Notes: a model not told the origin generated them from the letters alone. A DNA stretch of 64,000 nt from Arenimonas sp. SCN 70-307 (GCF_001724815.1 NZ_MEDO01000011.1:2059-66058), one strand, 5' to 3'; shown: positions 1 to 7,176, counted from the stretch's first letter. Made by a program: numbers and translations.

Positions 1-1
1 T

Positions 2-595
2 GATGCTGAGGCGGCCACTTGGTACAACGTTTTCCGAAACTATGACGCTGCGTTAGGGCGTTACACGACAAGCGATCCCATTGGCCTAGGTGGCGGGATA
101 AATACGTTCGCCTATGTGCTCGGGAACCCAATTAGTCTTGTCGACCCCCTCGGTCTTGCGCCAGGCGATTGCTTCAGGTCGCTACGAGATGCTGGTCGCG
201 ATGCTATTCAATACTACAACTGGCGATCTCGCAGGGATGGCGTTGAGTATGGAGGGCGCATCCACAAGCTTGATAACGGACTCTACACCTACAGCCAAGC
301 AGTTCGTGGCACTCCGACTAGCGTAATACTACCGGCGATTTCCCGTGCAGTTGTTGGGGCATATCACACTCACCCGCCTGTCGACGGCTACGATGGCGAG
401 AACTTCTCGCCCGCGGACATAGACAGCTACCTGGGTACCGCATTGGACGTAGTGCGACAATATGGCACGCTGGAATACAGCTCATTCCTTGGAACGCCGA
501 ATGGCGTGATCCGAATGCTTGACTCCACTTCGGAGGATCCGCTCAAGCCCGTAAACCTGGTTGATGAAACGGCTGAGGGCTGCTCATGTCCATGA
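2..595 (+). CDS. Rhs/YD-repeat family protein, 3' end only (enters from left edge): end of Rhs core plus variable C-terminal toxin domain (DUF4329-like)
   Basis: Frame 2 is open from the window edge. It reads ...[46 protein letters not shown], the canonical Rhs core terminus ending in DPxGL. A ~140-aa tail follows with [29 protein letters not shown], which I recall as the DUF4329 pattern often fused to Rhs. Confidence 0.8.
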   Translation, partial: DAEAATWYNVFRNYDAALGRYTTSDPIGLGGGINTFAYVLGNPISLVDPLGLAPGDCFRSLRDAGRDAIQYYNWRSRRDGVEYGGRIHKLDNGLYTYSQAVRGTPTSVILPAISRAVVGAYHTHPPVDGYDGENFSPADIDSYLGTALDVVRQYGTLEYSSFLGTPNGVIRMLDSTSEDPLKPVNLVDETAEGCSCP

Positions 596-1047
596 ATCGT
601 TCTCTACCCTTCCTCGCGATATCCGCCGTGCTCGGCGGACCTCTTTTAGTTGAGGCCGCATCATCGACCGGCGAGACTCCGGCGCAAACGACAGCAGAGA
701 CGGTCAATGTGGACCGAGGCGAGCTCATTTCTGAGCGAATAAGGATGCTCGAAGGCCTACTCGCGCAATCGGAGGATGAGCGCCGCGCTGAGCTCGTCTA
801 TCTGGCGACCGCCAGGTTCCTGCAGATTCTAAGCGATATGGGATCCGAAGATGCGGGCACAGGCGCGTTGACGAAGAGTCATCCGGAGATCCTGGACCCC
901 AGGAGTTATCGAATTCGGCTAAGGGACCGGGAGGATGTTCTTTTGGTGCATTTCCTGCCGAAGCTTGAGCGCATCAGAGGCGGCGGTTGGGAAATTGGCG
1001 TTGAGAAGTCAACCGGCGAAATTTTGATCGTGACTCCCTTGATGTAG
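586..1047 (+). CDS. putative cognate immunity protein of the Rhs C-terminal toxin (exported, signal peptide)
   Basis: The ATG overlaps the toxin stop by 10 nt (ATGTCCATGA). The N-terminus [27 protein letters not shown] looks like a Sec signal peptide. It holds the usual position of an Rhs immunity gene. I recognise no family. Confidence 0.55.
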   Translation: MSMNRSLPFLAISAVLGGPLLVEAASSTGETPAQTTAETVNVDRGELISERIRMLEGLLAQSEDERRAELVYLATARFLQILSDMGSEDAGTGALTKSHPEILDPRSYRIRLRDREDVLLVHFLPKLERIRGGGWEIGVEKSTGEILIVTPLM

Positions 1048-1148
1048 TTCTTCGGTAAATCGACTGGAGTTCCCAGCTTTTGATGGGCCGTCTTAGCGCC
1101 CGTCTAGAAGCTTGGGGAAGCTCTCATGGCCGGTAAAGCTCAGAGCAA

Positions 1149-1201
1149 GACTAGAACTGGTGGACGCCCTGGCGTTTGCGGCTTGGTAGCGAGGGTTCCA
1201 G
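1149..1201 (+). repeat. possible degenerate attC remnant
   Basis: gaCTAgAACtggtgGACGCCctggcgtttGCGGCTTggtagcgaggGTTCCAG keeps the GACGCC..GCGGCTT..GTT blocks of the attC consensus. The R'' half is badly eroded. Confidence 0.3.
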
Positions 1202-1373
1202 TAGTGCTCAGAGTCAACCGGAATCAGTGGTCAACTCCACCGGAATACGCACCAGCTGGGACATACAATCCACTTCGGCCACGGCCGGCCCCGTTTTGTT
1301 GCCTCGAGAACAACAATTCTGCCGGGTCGGCCGTGTGCCTCTCTCCCCTCAGTTGGGAGAAGAACCGTCCGCG

Positions 1374-1718
1374 GTGGATGCTCTAAGGCAGATCAAAGAA
1401 TGGTTGGCTCGACGATCGGCCCTGCAATGGGAGCCGATTGCTTCGGACGATGCAGGCTTCAACTCAGGTGCGCGGCGAGTGGAGTGGTCCCAGATCAACT
1501 CCGTTGCGGTGTTCAAGCGGGACATGGTCACGGTTGACGATGTTTGGTTCCAGCTCGAGACAGAGCAGGGAACGATCATGATCTGCGAAGAGCAGCCAGG
1601 TTTCGACCAATGGGAGTCGCTCCTTTGCACCGCACTTCCTGCCCTCGCGACCTGGCGATCCTCAGTCATCGATCCCCCATTTGCAGAGAGCTTCAGCATC
1701 CTCTACCGTCGCACCTAA
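1374..1718 (+). CDS. hypothetical cassette protein (start uncertain: GTG 1374 or TTG 1353)
   Basis: The stop TAA lies inside the R'' box (CC-TAA-C) of the next attC. The ATG at 1176 sits inside the attC remnant and would give an implausible Ser-rich N-terminus. GGGAGA lies upstream of GTG 1374. Confidence 0.5.
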   Translation: MDALRQIKEWLARRSALQWEPIASDDAGFNSGARRVEWSQINSVAVFKRDMVTVDDVWFQLETEQGTIMICEEQPGFDQWESLLCTALPALATWRSSVIDPPFAESFSILYRRT

Positions 1719-1768
1719 CTAATAATTCAAGCAGACGCCTTCGGCGCGGCTTAACTCAGGCGTCAGGT
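1713..1768 (+). repeat. integron attC site
   Basis: ACCTAAC taataattcaagcagacgccttcggcgcggcttaactcaggc GTCAGGT, with a central GCC-TTC-GGC hairpin. Confidence 0.85.
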
Positions 1769-1773
1769 TTCGG

Positions 1774-2133
1774 ATGAAGATTATCGCAAGCGCGCTTCTT
1801 GGCCTTGTTGGCTGCGTCTCGGCTTCGGATCCGCCGATCCCCCTTCCGTCGGGCGAGTACGCGTTCACCCATAGATTCGCCGAGCACCCGACGATCCCGA
1901 GCATTCGACTTACCGTCCGCGTCAATGGGCCGCACGTTGTCGTACTAAACCCCACTGCTTCAGATCCATTTCCCGCAGGCGTCCTGGACGAGGGGACGCT
2001 CATGTGGCACGCCGAGTCAGAACAATGGATCATCGGTCGCAAGGAGGAGGACCGGTCGCTTCGTGACGTCGGTGGATGCAGCGGTGGCCCCAGAGTCATC
2101 GATCTCCGGAACCGGGTCTACTGGACGTGCTAG
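1774..2133 (+). CDS. cassette-encoded lipoprotein, unknown function
   Basis: MKIIASALLGLVGC has a lipobox (L-V-G-C). It is bounded by attC sites on both sides. Confidence 0.6.
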   Translation: MKIIASALLGLVGCVSASDPPIPLPSGEYAFTHRFAEHPTIPSIRLTVRVNGPHVVVLNPTASDPFPAGVLDEGTLMWHAESEQWIIGRKEEDRSLRDVGGCSGGPRVIDLRNRVYWTC

Positions 2134-2143
2134 TCCGGCCGAG

Positions 2144-2203
2144 GCCCAACTCATCATTCATGCCGACGTGCCTTCGGCACGCCGCTTAACTCAGGCGTTA
2201 GGC
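2144..2203 (+). repeat. integron attC site
   Basis: GCCCAAC tcatcattcatgccgacgtgccttcggcacgccgcttaactcaggc GTTAGGC, with a central CGTGCC-TTC-GGCACG stem. Confidence 0.9.
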
Positions 2204-2222
2204 CTTTTTTGCGGGAGCCACA

Positions 2223-2516
2223 GTGACAACAAGCATTGATGACCACTTTTACGACCGTGCGGACGAGGTTATTCGCCTGGCGAACAGGCAGCTCGCCGGC
2301 TCGACCCGCGGCAAGGTGAGCGCATCGTGTATGTACGCAACTGCGAGGTTTAATGCGTGGGTGAGTGCGACGGGATTCACCAGCAGCGAAGAGATGGGCG
2401 CTGCCAAGCAGGAGACCATTGAGTACTTCGTTGAGCAGTACCGCTCAATGCTTGACGAGAATCTCACCGATTACATCAGCAACTTTGATGGTTACATGCG
2501 GGCGGACAAGGCCTAA
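2223..2516 (+). CDS. DUF3144-like small protein (typical integron-cassette cargo)
   Basis: GTG start 5 nt after GGGAG. The motifs FYDRADEVIRLAN..GKVSAS.MYATARFNAWVSA..ETIEYFVEQYR..L match my recollection of DUF3144. The stop TAA is inside GCCTAAC. Confidence 0.6.
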   Translation: MTTSIDDHFYDRADEVIRLANRQLAGSTRGKVSASCMYATARFNAWVSATGFTSSEEMGAAKQETIEYFVEQYRSMLDENLTDYISNFDGYMRADKA

Positions 2517-2568
2517 CTAATCATTCAAGCCGACGCGCCCCCGAAGCTGTTTAACTCTGGCGCCATGC
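2511..2568 (+). repeat. integron attC site (R' end degenerate)
   Basis: GCCTAAC taatcattcaagccgacgcgcccccgaagctgtttaactctggc GCCATGC. R'' and the left arm are intact; the R' core is mutated. Confidence 0.6.
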
Positions 2569-2728
2569 CCCGCATTGAGTATCGTCGACGCTCTCTCCCA
2601 ACGACTGGATCAATCGTGGGGCACGCGGCTCCAGCGGATGGCGTTGGACGAATCCGAAGAGCATGGGGTCGTGGAGCTGGTTCGTGTGTGCTAGGTTCCG
2701 CGTCGATAACCAGAGGGCCAGCGGCGCG

Positions 2729-2783
2729 GCCCAACGGTTCATTCAAGCTGACGCCTTGCGCGCGGCTGGACTCAAGGTGCTGG
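2729..2783 (+). repeat. integron attC site (R' end degenerate)
   Basis: GCCCAAC ggttcattcaagctgacgccttgcgcgcggctggactcaag GTGCTGG. Confidence 0.6.
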
Positions 2784-2792
2784 GGCGCGAGA

Positions 2793-3140
2793 ATGGGAAT
2801 GTTTGACGAACCTGGTGACCCATGTCCGCTCACGGAGGAAGTCGCTCTCCTGCGGGCAGAGAAGTGTGTCGAGCCAGTTGCGCGCTTCATCATGTTCCTC
2901 TCGTGCCTGCTTATTGCCCCCGGGATGTTGATGACGGACCACCCCAATTGGATCCTTGCGGCTATAGCAGTCGCGATCTACTACTCGTCATGGGTGGTTA
3001 TATTCAGGCGATGGAGGGCGTGGGCTATCTCGGGTGGCTGCGATCCGGAGGAGCTTCAGCTCCTTGGCGAGGAGTCGGGCATTCTGCCGGCCCGCGGCTC
3101 ATTGCTATGGTATTTGCAGTGGCCGGCTCACGCGCCCTGA
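2793..3140 (+). CDS. cassette-encoded small membrane protein
   Basis: Starts MGMFDEP just after the attC. It has two hydrophobic segments (FIMFLSCLLIAPGML, ILAAIAVAIYYSSWVVIF). The stop TGA is inside the R'' CCCTGAC. The track ORF 2565..3140 spans an attC, so its upstream part is not credible. Confidence 0.55.
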   Translation: MGMFDEPGDPCPLTEEVALLRAEKCVEPVARFIMFLSCLLIAPGMLMTDHPNWILAAIAVAIYYSSWVVIFRRWRAWAISGGCDPEELQLLGEESGILPARGSLLWYLQWPAHAP

Positions 3141-3194
3141 CTGATCATTCAGGCCGAAGTGCCTCCGGCAAGCGGCTTAACTCAGGGGTTGGGC
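3135..3194 (+). repeat. integron attC site
   Basis: CCCTGAC tgatcattcaggccgaagtgcctccggcaagcggcttaactcagg GGTTGGGC. Confidence 0.8.
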
Positions 3195-3230
3195 GTTAAA
3201 GTCAACCCTCACTGTTCTCTGACCCAATCA

Positions 3231-3752
3231 ATGGAACCAGCGCAGCTCGAAGCAACGTTCGACCAGCAGTCGGCCAACTACGACCAGCAGTGGGCAAAGC
3301 TGGCCGCCTTCCGGGAGGGCATTCACCTCTTGATGGGATCCTTGTTTGCCCGCCTACCCGAACGGGCACGAATGCTCTGTGTAGGCGCCGGTACCGGTGC
3401 GGAGATTCAGGCCCTTGCCTCGCGCTTCCCCGCCTGGACGTTCACTGCGGTTGGGCCATCGGCCGGAATGGTCGCTGTCGCACAAAAGCGAGCCAGGGAC
3501 AATGGGTACGCTGACCGGTGCACCTTCCACACCGGCTACCTCGAAACCCTGCCAAGTTCGGCCCCGTTCGATTGCGCGAGCGTGTCGCCTGAACGCGTGC
3601 TTCAGATGCAAGAAGCCTATGCCAAGGATGTTGCAATCATTGCTCCCAAGAAGGTCGCAGCCATGATCGCCGCAGCAGGATTTGGGATGCCTGTTCAGTT
3701 CTACCAGGCAGGTCTCATCCATGCTTGGTACACACATCGCCTACCGGGTTGA
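3231..3752 (+). CDS. class I SAM-dependent methyltransferase-like protein, probably degenerate
   Basis: Motif I MLCVGAGTGAEI is present. The expected acidic post-I residue is absent (AVGPS). The segment after PFDCAS looks ~40-50 aa shorter than usual. Confidence 0.55.
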   Translation: MEPAQLEATFDQQSANYDQQWAKLAAFREGIHLLMGSLFARLPERARMLCVGAGTGAEIQALASRFPAWTFTAVGPSAGMVAVAQKRARDNGYADRCTFHTGYLETLPSSAPFDCASVSPERVLQMQEAYAKDVAIIAPKKVAAMIAAAGFGMPVQFYQAGLIHAWYTHRLPG

Positions 3753-3753
3753 C

Positions 3754-3785
3754 GCCTAACCCTCCCGCTTCGGCTGGTTGCAGGC
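3754..3785 (+). repeat. short attC-like remnant
   Basis: GCCTAACcctcccgcttcggctgGTTGCAGGC has R''/R'-like ends but is too short for a functional attC. Confidence 0.3.
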
Positions 3786-3907
3786 ACATTGATGCTTGTC
3801 GTAATTTTCCATGGGCCCCGTTGGCTCGAACGCTTCCTGGGACCGCTTCGCATTGCGACTGTAAGGAGCGTGATGGTTCGCCACCTGGCCAACGCAAGCA
3901 CCGCCAG

Positions 3908-3964
3908 GCCCAATTGATCATTCAAGCCGACGCCTTCGGCCCGGCTCAACCAAGGCATTAGGGC
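3908..3964 (+). repeat. integron attC site
   Basis: GCCCAAT tgatcattcaagccgacgccttcggcccggctcaaccaaggc ATTAGGGC. Confidence 0.75.
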
Positions 3965-3967
3965 GCT

Positions 3968-4408
3968 ATGAAAGAATCCAAGAAGTTCTTCACCCCTCTT
4001 CTCCTGCTGCTGCTGGCGTGTGCTGCGCACGCAGAGAGCCCGCAGGAGACGTACCAGCGGGTCAATGCCGTGGCCATCCAGGCGTTTCCAAAGGGTACGC
4101 AGGGCTATGAGCTGTTCTGGGTCGCAAGCGAGGCCTCGAGTGAGTCCGTCAACTCTTTGACAAGACTCATTGGCGCGGCCAAGCGCCAGAAGGCTCGTTG
4201 GGTCGTCGCATCGGATGATGCTGCGGCAATCAAGTCAAGTTTGCTTTCAGCTTTCGAGGCATCGACCGCGAGTAGGCGCATCCGCACCGAAATCGTCGTC
4301 GTCAGCCCGCTTTCCGGAGACCAGGAACTGGTCGACGCTGCCAAGCGGGTTGGCGCTTCGCTGGAGTTCTTTGTTCTCCCGCCGCCGCCGGCGGATTCGG
4401 GACCGTGA
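3968..4408 (+). CDS. cassette-encoded secreted protein, unknown function
   Basis: Signal peptide MKESKKFFTPLLLLLLACAAHA. It starts 4 nt after the attC R' box. Confidence 0.6.
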   Translation: MKESKKFFTPLLLLLLACAAHAESPQETYQRVNAVAIQAFPKGTQGYELFWVASEASSESVNSLTRLIGAAKRQKARWVVASDDAAAIKSSLLSAFEASTASRRIRTEIVVVSPLSGDQELVDAAKRVGASLEFFVLPPPPADSGP

Positions 4409-4421
4409 CATTGCGCATCTG

Positions 4422-4450
4422 CGCCCAGACAATTCGCTCAAGCGTCAGGC
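4422..4450 (+). repeat. truncated attC-like remnant (probable distal end of array)
   Basis: GCCCAGACaattcgctcaagcGTCAGGC keeps both ends of the attC consensus, but the centre is deleted. Confidence 0.35.
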
Positions 4451-4745
4451 GCCTTTAATGCATGCAGCACCCGGTTGGTGTCGGCGACGGTATCGAAGCC
4501 GGCGCATAGTGGAAAGTGCCGACCGAGTCACCGCAAGAGTGAACCTGTCCTCCCAACGTTCTGAGTGGTAACTCGACGGCAAGCACCGTTTCAAGCCGGC
4601 GTCCAATGTGACGCGGTGCGGCTGGTCTACTCAAAAAGCCCTGAGCCGTGTGCGGTACGTGACTTCCTGTTGGGATCTTGTATCGTTCGCTACATGGAGC
4701 ACCCCATCATCGCCATCGTGGCACCGCTGACGTCGTGCTGACGCA

Positions 4746-5009
4746 ATGGGCACCCTGAGCTTTCGCACCGCAAGCAAACCCGGGTTGTTCCTCGGCCTGG
4801 TCATGCTCGTCGCGGGCGGGGCCGTCATCGCATGGCCACCGGAGATCCTGGTCCACCACCCCACGATACGGCCCTCTGCTTTCAGCGAAACCAAGCGGGT
4901 CGAGGCCGTCACGCAAGGCAGGGCACGCTTCTATGGCGGCTGCCTGGTCGCTGCCGGCGTCTTCATTGGGCTGTTCTCGCTTTACGCCCCGCGGCACGAG
5001 CAACCATGA
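4746..5009 (+). CDS. small membrane protein (hypothetical)
   Basis: Two hydrophobic helices. ATGA overlap with the next gene. Confidence 0.4.
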   Translation: MGTLSFRTASKPGLFLGLVMLVAGGAVIAWPPEILVHHPTIRPSAFSETKRVEAVTQGRARFYGGCLVAAGVFIGLFSLYAPRHEQP

Positions 5010-5509
5010 GAATCCTGATCTTTGGTAACTCCGGCTCCGGCAAGTCCACGCTCGCCCGTCGGCTGTGCGAGGCGCATGGCCTGCCGCACCTCGACCTCGA
5101 CGCCATCGTGTGGGAGCCGGGGGAAGTAGCCGTGCAGCGTACGCCCGAGGCCATCGCAGCGTCGCTGTCGCAGTTCATTGCGGCGAACCCGGCCTGGGTC
5201 ATCGAGGGGTGTTACGGCGAGCTGGTGGAGGCCGCGTCCGGCCACTGCACCGAACTCGTGTTTCTCAACCCCGGCCTGGAAACCTGCCTGGCGCACAATC
5301 GCGCCCGCCCCTGGGAGCCGCACAAGTACGCTTCGAAGGAGGCGCAGGACGCGATGCTGGAGAACCTGCAGGCCTGGGTGGCTGGCTACTACGAGCGCGA
5401 CGACCCGTGGTCGTACCGCGCGCATCGTCGTCTTTTCGATGCCTTCCCCGGCCAGAAGCGCGAGCTGACCTCTGCCCTGGGGGCTGCTGACTACAGGGAA
5501 CTGCCATGA
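5006..5509 (+). CDS. P-loop kinase-like ATPase (adenylate kinase / topology-modulation protein family)
   Basis: MRILIFGNSGSGKSTLARRL Walker A at the N-terminus; ~167 aa. Confidence 0.7.
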   Translation: MRILIFGNSGSGKSTLARRLCEAHGLPHLDLDAIVWEPGEVAVQRTPEAIAASLSQFIAANPAWVIEGCYGELVEAASGHCTELVFLNPGLETCLAHNRARPWEPHKYASKEAQDAMLENLQAWVAGYYERDDPWSYRAHRRLFDAFPGQKRELTSALGAADYRELP

Positions 5510-6216
5510 AGCCCTCCGAAGTCATCGCCCTGCTGGAGCGTGAGCGCGACGAGCGCGGCATGCGGAACTGGGAGCGCCTGGGTGAGGGCACTGGCGGAAT
5601 GCGCAGCTTCGGCATCGGGCTTACGCGCCTGCGAAAGCTGGCCGCAGGAATAGGCCGCGACCCGGCGCTGGCACGGGCGCTTTGGGAGTCGGACGTGTAC
5701 GACGCGAGGGTGATCGCGCTGCTGGTCGACGACCCGCGCACGATGACCCCCGAGCAGGCCGAGCGCTAGGTGGATCAGCTTGCCGGCGGGCAGCTGGCGC
5801 ATGTCTTCGCTTCGTGCGATGCGACTCTGGCCAAGACGCCCTTCGCGGTTGAACTGGCCGCGCGGTGGGTGCTTGCCCCCGACCCGGTTCGCCGGGCCTG
5901 CGGTTACGGACTGATCTACGAGGCATCGAAGTTCCCCGCGAAGAAGGCGCCCACGGAAGCGTTCTTCCTGGGCCACATCCAGCGAATCGCCGCGACGATA
6001 GACGACGAGCCGGAACAGGTCCGCCTGGCGATGGCCACGGCGCTGATGGGTATCGGCAAGCGAAGCGCGGTGCTCAACCAGGCGGCGCTGAAAGTGGCCC
6101 GCGCCGTGGGGCCGATCGCGTTCACCTCGGCCAGCGGCCAGTGCGAGCCTTTCGACGTGGCCAAGCACCTGGACAACGAGCGGCTCAGGAAAAAGCTGTC
6201 GGAGAATCGCCAGTGA
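5506..6216 (+). pseudogene. DNA alkylation repair protein (AlkD-like HEAT-repeat family) interrupted by an in-frame TAG
   Basis: ORFs 5506..5769 and 5770..6216 are in the same frame, separated only by TAG at 5767-5769 (..EQAER*VDQLAGG..). TGG (Trp) would restore a continuous ~236-aa protein. Confidence 0.65.
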
Positions 6217-6467
6217 ACGCAACCGAGGATTGCCTCGGGGCACCGGGCTCCTGGCTCGCCTGGAAAGAGGGCGGCACGCTGTTCATCCGTGGCGTGGTGC
6301 GTTATCCCAACAATTTCAGCACGGCCCGTCTCTCGCCGGACCCAAAGTGGACATCGGACACCGGCACGCCGCATTTCGTCCTGGCCAGCCGCGGCCTGCT
6401 TGCCGGCCACCCCGCGCAGCGTGATGATGGGCCCCGGTCGTCCACCATCCATCCAGGGAGAAGGGTC

Positions 6468-6740
6468 ATGCCGCAATACCTGATCGAGCGCGAGATCCCC
6501 GGCGCAGGGAGCATGTCCGGCGAGCAGCTTCGCGATGCCTCGCGCCACTCCAACGACGTGCTGGCCCAGCTTGGCCCGGAGATCCAGTGGGTCCACAGCT
6601 ACGTGGCCGGCGACAAGATCTATTGCGTCTACAACGCACCGAGCGAGGACCTGATCCGCTCGCACGCCGAAAAGTCCGGCTTCCCGGCCAACCGCATCAC
6701 GCCCGTCTCCGCGGTCATCAATCCCGCCACCGCGAAGTAG
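6468..6740 (+). CDS. DUF4242 domain protein
   Basis: MPQYLIEREIPGAG..QWVHSYVAGDKIYCVYNAPSEDLIRSHAEKSGFPANRI matches my recollection of DUF4242. GGAGAAGGG lies upstream. The frame stays open upstream to GTG 6213. Confidence 0.7.
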   Translation: MPQYLIEREIPGAGSMSGEQLRDASRHSNDVLAQLGPEIQWVHSYVAGDKIYCVYNAPSEDLIRSHAEKSGFPANRITPVSAVINPATAK

Positions 6741-6750
6741 GGTCGAGCCC

Positions 6751-7176
6751 ATGCCTCGTGGCCTTCGTGTGGTGTTGGCGACCGTGGCCGGCTTCGTCGC
6801 CGGCAGCGTGGTGAACATGGGCCTGATCATGCTCGGTGGCGTGGTGGTGCCGCCGCCGGCGGGCACCGATACGTCCACCATGGAAGGGCTGCAGGCGGCG
6901 CTGCCGCTGTTCGGTCCGCAGCACTTCCTGTTCCCGTTCCTGGCGCACGCGCTGGGCACGCTGGCCGGCGCGCTGGTGGCGACGTGGCTGGCGCCGGGAC
7001 GCAGCGCCGGGCCGGCCTGGGCAGTGGGCGTGCTGTTCCTGCTGGGCGGCACGGCCAATGCCTTCATCCTGCCGGCGCCAGCCTGGTTCATCGCTGCCGA
7101 CTTGCTGCTGGCCTACCTGCCGATGGCCTGGCTCGCACAGCGGCTGGCGGGACGGGCGCCTACGGCGGCGCCCTGA
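6751..7176 (+). CDS. membrane protein (hypothetical)
   Basis: Four hydrophobic segments; GC3-rich codon usage. Confidence 0.55.
   Translation: MPRGLRVVLATVAGFVAGSVVNMGLIMLGGVVVPPPAGTDTSTMEGLQAALPLFGPQHFLFPFLAHALGTLAGALVATWLAPGRSAGPAWAVGVLFLLGGTANAFILPAPAWFIAADLLLAYLPMAWLAQRLAGRAPTAAP

Larger units (their letters stand above)
1149..4450 (+). mobile_element. integron-type gene cassette array (attC sites plus co-oriented small ORFs); no intI in window
   Basis: A repeated ~56-60 bp imperfect palindrome has R'' (RYYYAAC-like) and R' (GTTRRRY-like) ends. Its interior, TCATTCAAGCCGAC..GCGGCTTAACTCAGGC, resembles attC of aadA cassettes. ORF stops fall inside R''. All ORFs are on the + strand. G+C is visibly lower than in the rest of the window. 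Confidence 0.8.

Noticed and set aside
1126-1386. Track ORFs 1126..1386 and the ATG-1176 start of ORF 1176..1718.
   Set aside because: They run through the degenerate attC remnant and give Ser/Arg/Pro-rich sequences. A start at GTG 1374 or TTG 1353 is more compatible with cassette boundaries.
3725-3961. 78-aa ORF in the interval after the methyltransferase cassette.
   Set aside because: It starts inside the methyltransferase gene and reads through two attC-like repeats. Its composition is not protein-like.
1713-4450. Regularly recurring ~57-bp repeats could be mistaken for a CRISPR array.
   Set aside because: The repeats are imperfect palindromes with variable centres. The 'spacers' range from about 120 to about 560 bp, and most contain ORFs with stops inside the repeat. 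This is attC/cassette organisation, not CRISPR.
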